DNA of 64,000 nucleotides. Source: Macrostomum lignano (lineage: Eukaryota). A program made the translations under genes and the position numbers. Position 1 is the first letter of the stretch. Every line of letters begins with the position of its first letter. Below are positions 63,745 to 64,000 of the stretch, one piece after another. The notes beneath the pieces are model-generated. The model saw nothing but the letters and a program-made list of their open reading frames with translations. It made no database searches and was not told the DNA's origin. The stretch lies in the NCBI GenBank assembly GCA_002269645.1, contig NIVC01000581.1, positions 1 to 64,000 on the forward strand, in the 5' to 3' direction.

Positions 63745-64000
63745 TATCCACTGGTCCTTGCCTCTTATCCACTGGTCCTTGCCTCTTATCCACTGGTCCT
63801 TGCCTCTTATCCACTGGTCCTTGCCTCTATCCACTGGTCTTTGCCTCTATCCACTGGTCCTTGCCTCTATCCACTGGTCCTTGCCTCTATCCACTGGTCC
63901 TTGCCTCTATCCACTGGTCCTTGCCTCTATCCACTGGTCCTAATTGCCTCTATCCACTGGTCCCTGCCTCTTATCCACTGGTCTTTGCCTCTATCCACTG
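63745..64000. repeat. 20-21-bp minisatellite (TATCCACTGGTCCTTGCCTC) running off the window
   Basis: Read directly from the sequence. Confidence 0.95.

Overview
Animal genomic DNA in three sharply different zones. The host most resembles a Macrostomum-like flatworm; that is an inference from GC-rich codons, dense minisatellites and a TTAGGG remnant. (1) 1-16117: a nearly complete Polinton/Maverick (adintovirus-type) endogenous DNA virus. It has ~680-bp terminal inverted repeats and encodes penton, major capsid protein, A32-like packaging ATPase, adenain protease, protein-primed PolB, integrase, a parvovirus-type PLA2, an adenovirus pX-like protein and several orphans. Many of these genes are broken by single-base indels. 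(2) ~16.1-34 kb: an AT-rich, CpG-depleted transposon graveyard with a Merlin remnant, nested MITEs, an internally deleted Gypsy with both LTRs and a TSD, and a DIRS/Ngaro remnant. (3) 34-64 kb: nine consecutive + strand host genes (KAT6, MetAP2, CCT6, MIF, a short JARID2-N-terminus-like gene, RanGAP1, two Rab7-like paralogs, GST), then a small His-rich secreted-peptide ORF on the - strand, interleaved with minisatellites. The best leads are: splice-acceptor-like signals in front of the viral core genes, a diverged gene pair embedded in the TIRs, a palindrome array resembling baculovirus hr enhancers, a JmjC-less mini-JARID2, methylation-type hypermutation of the repeat block, and minisatellites that amplify splice donors. 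All alignments and counts were done by eye; no searches were run.
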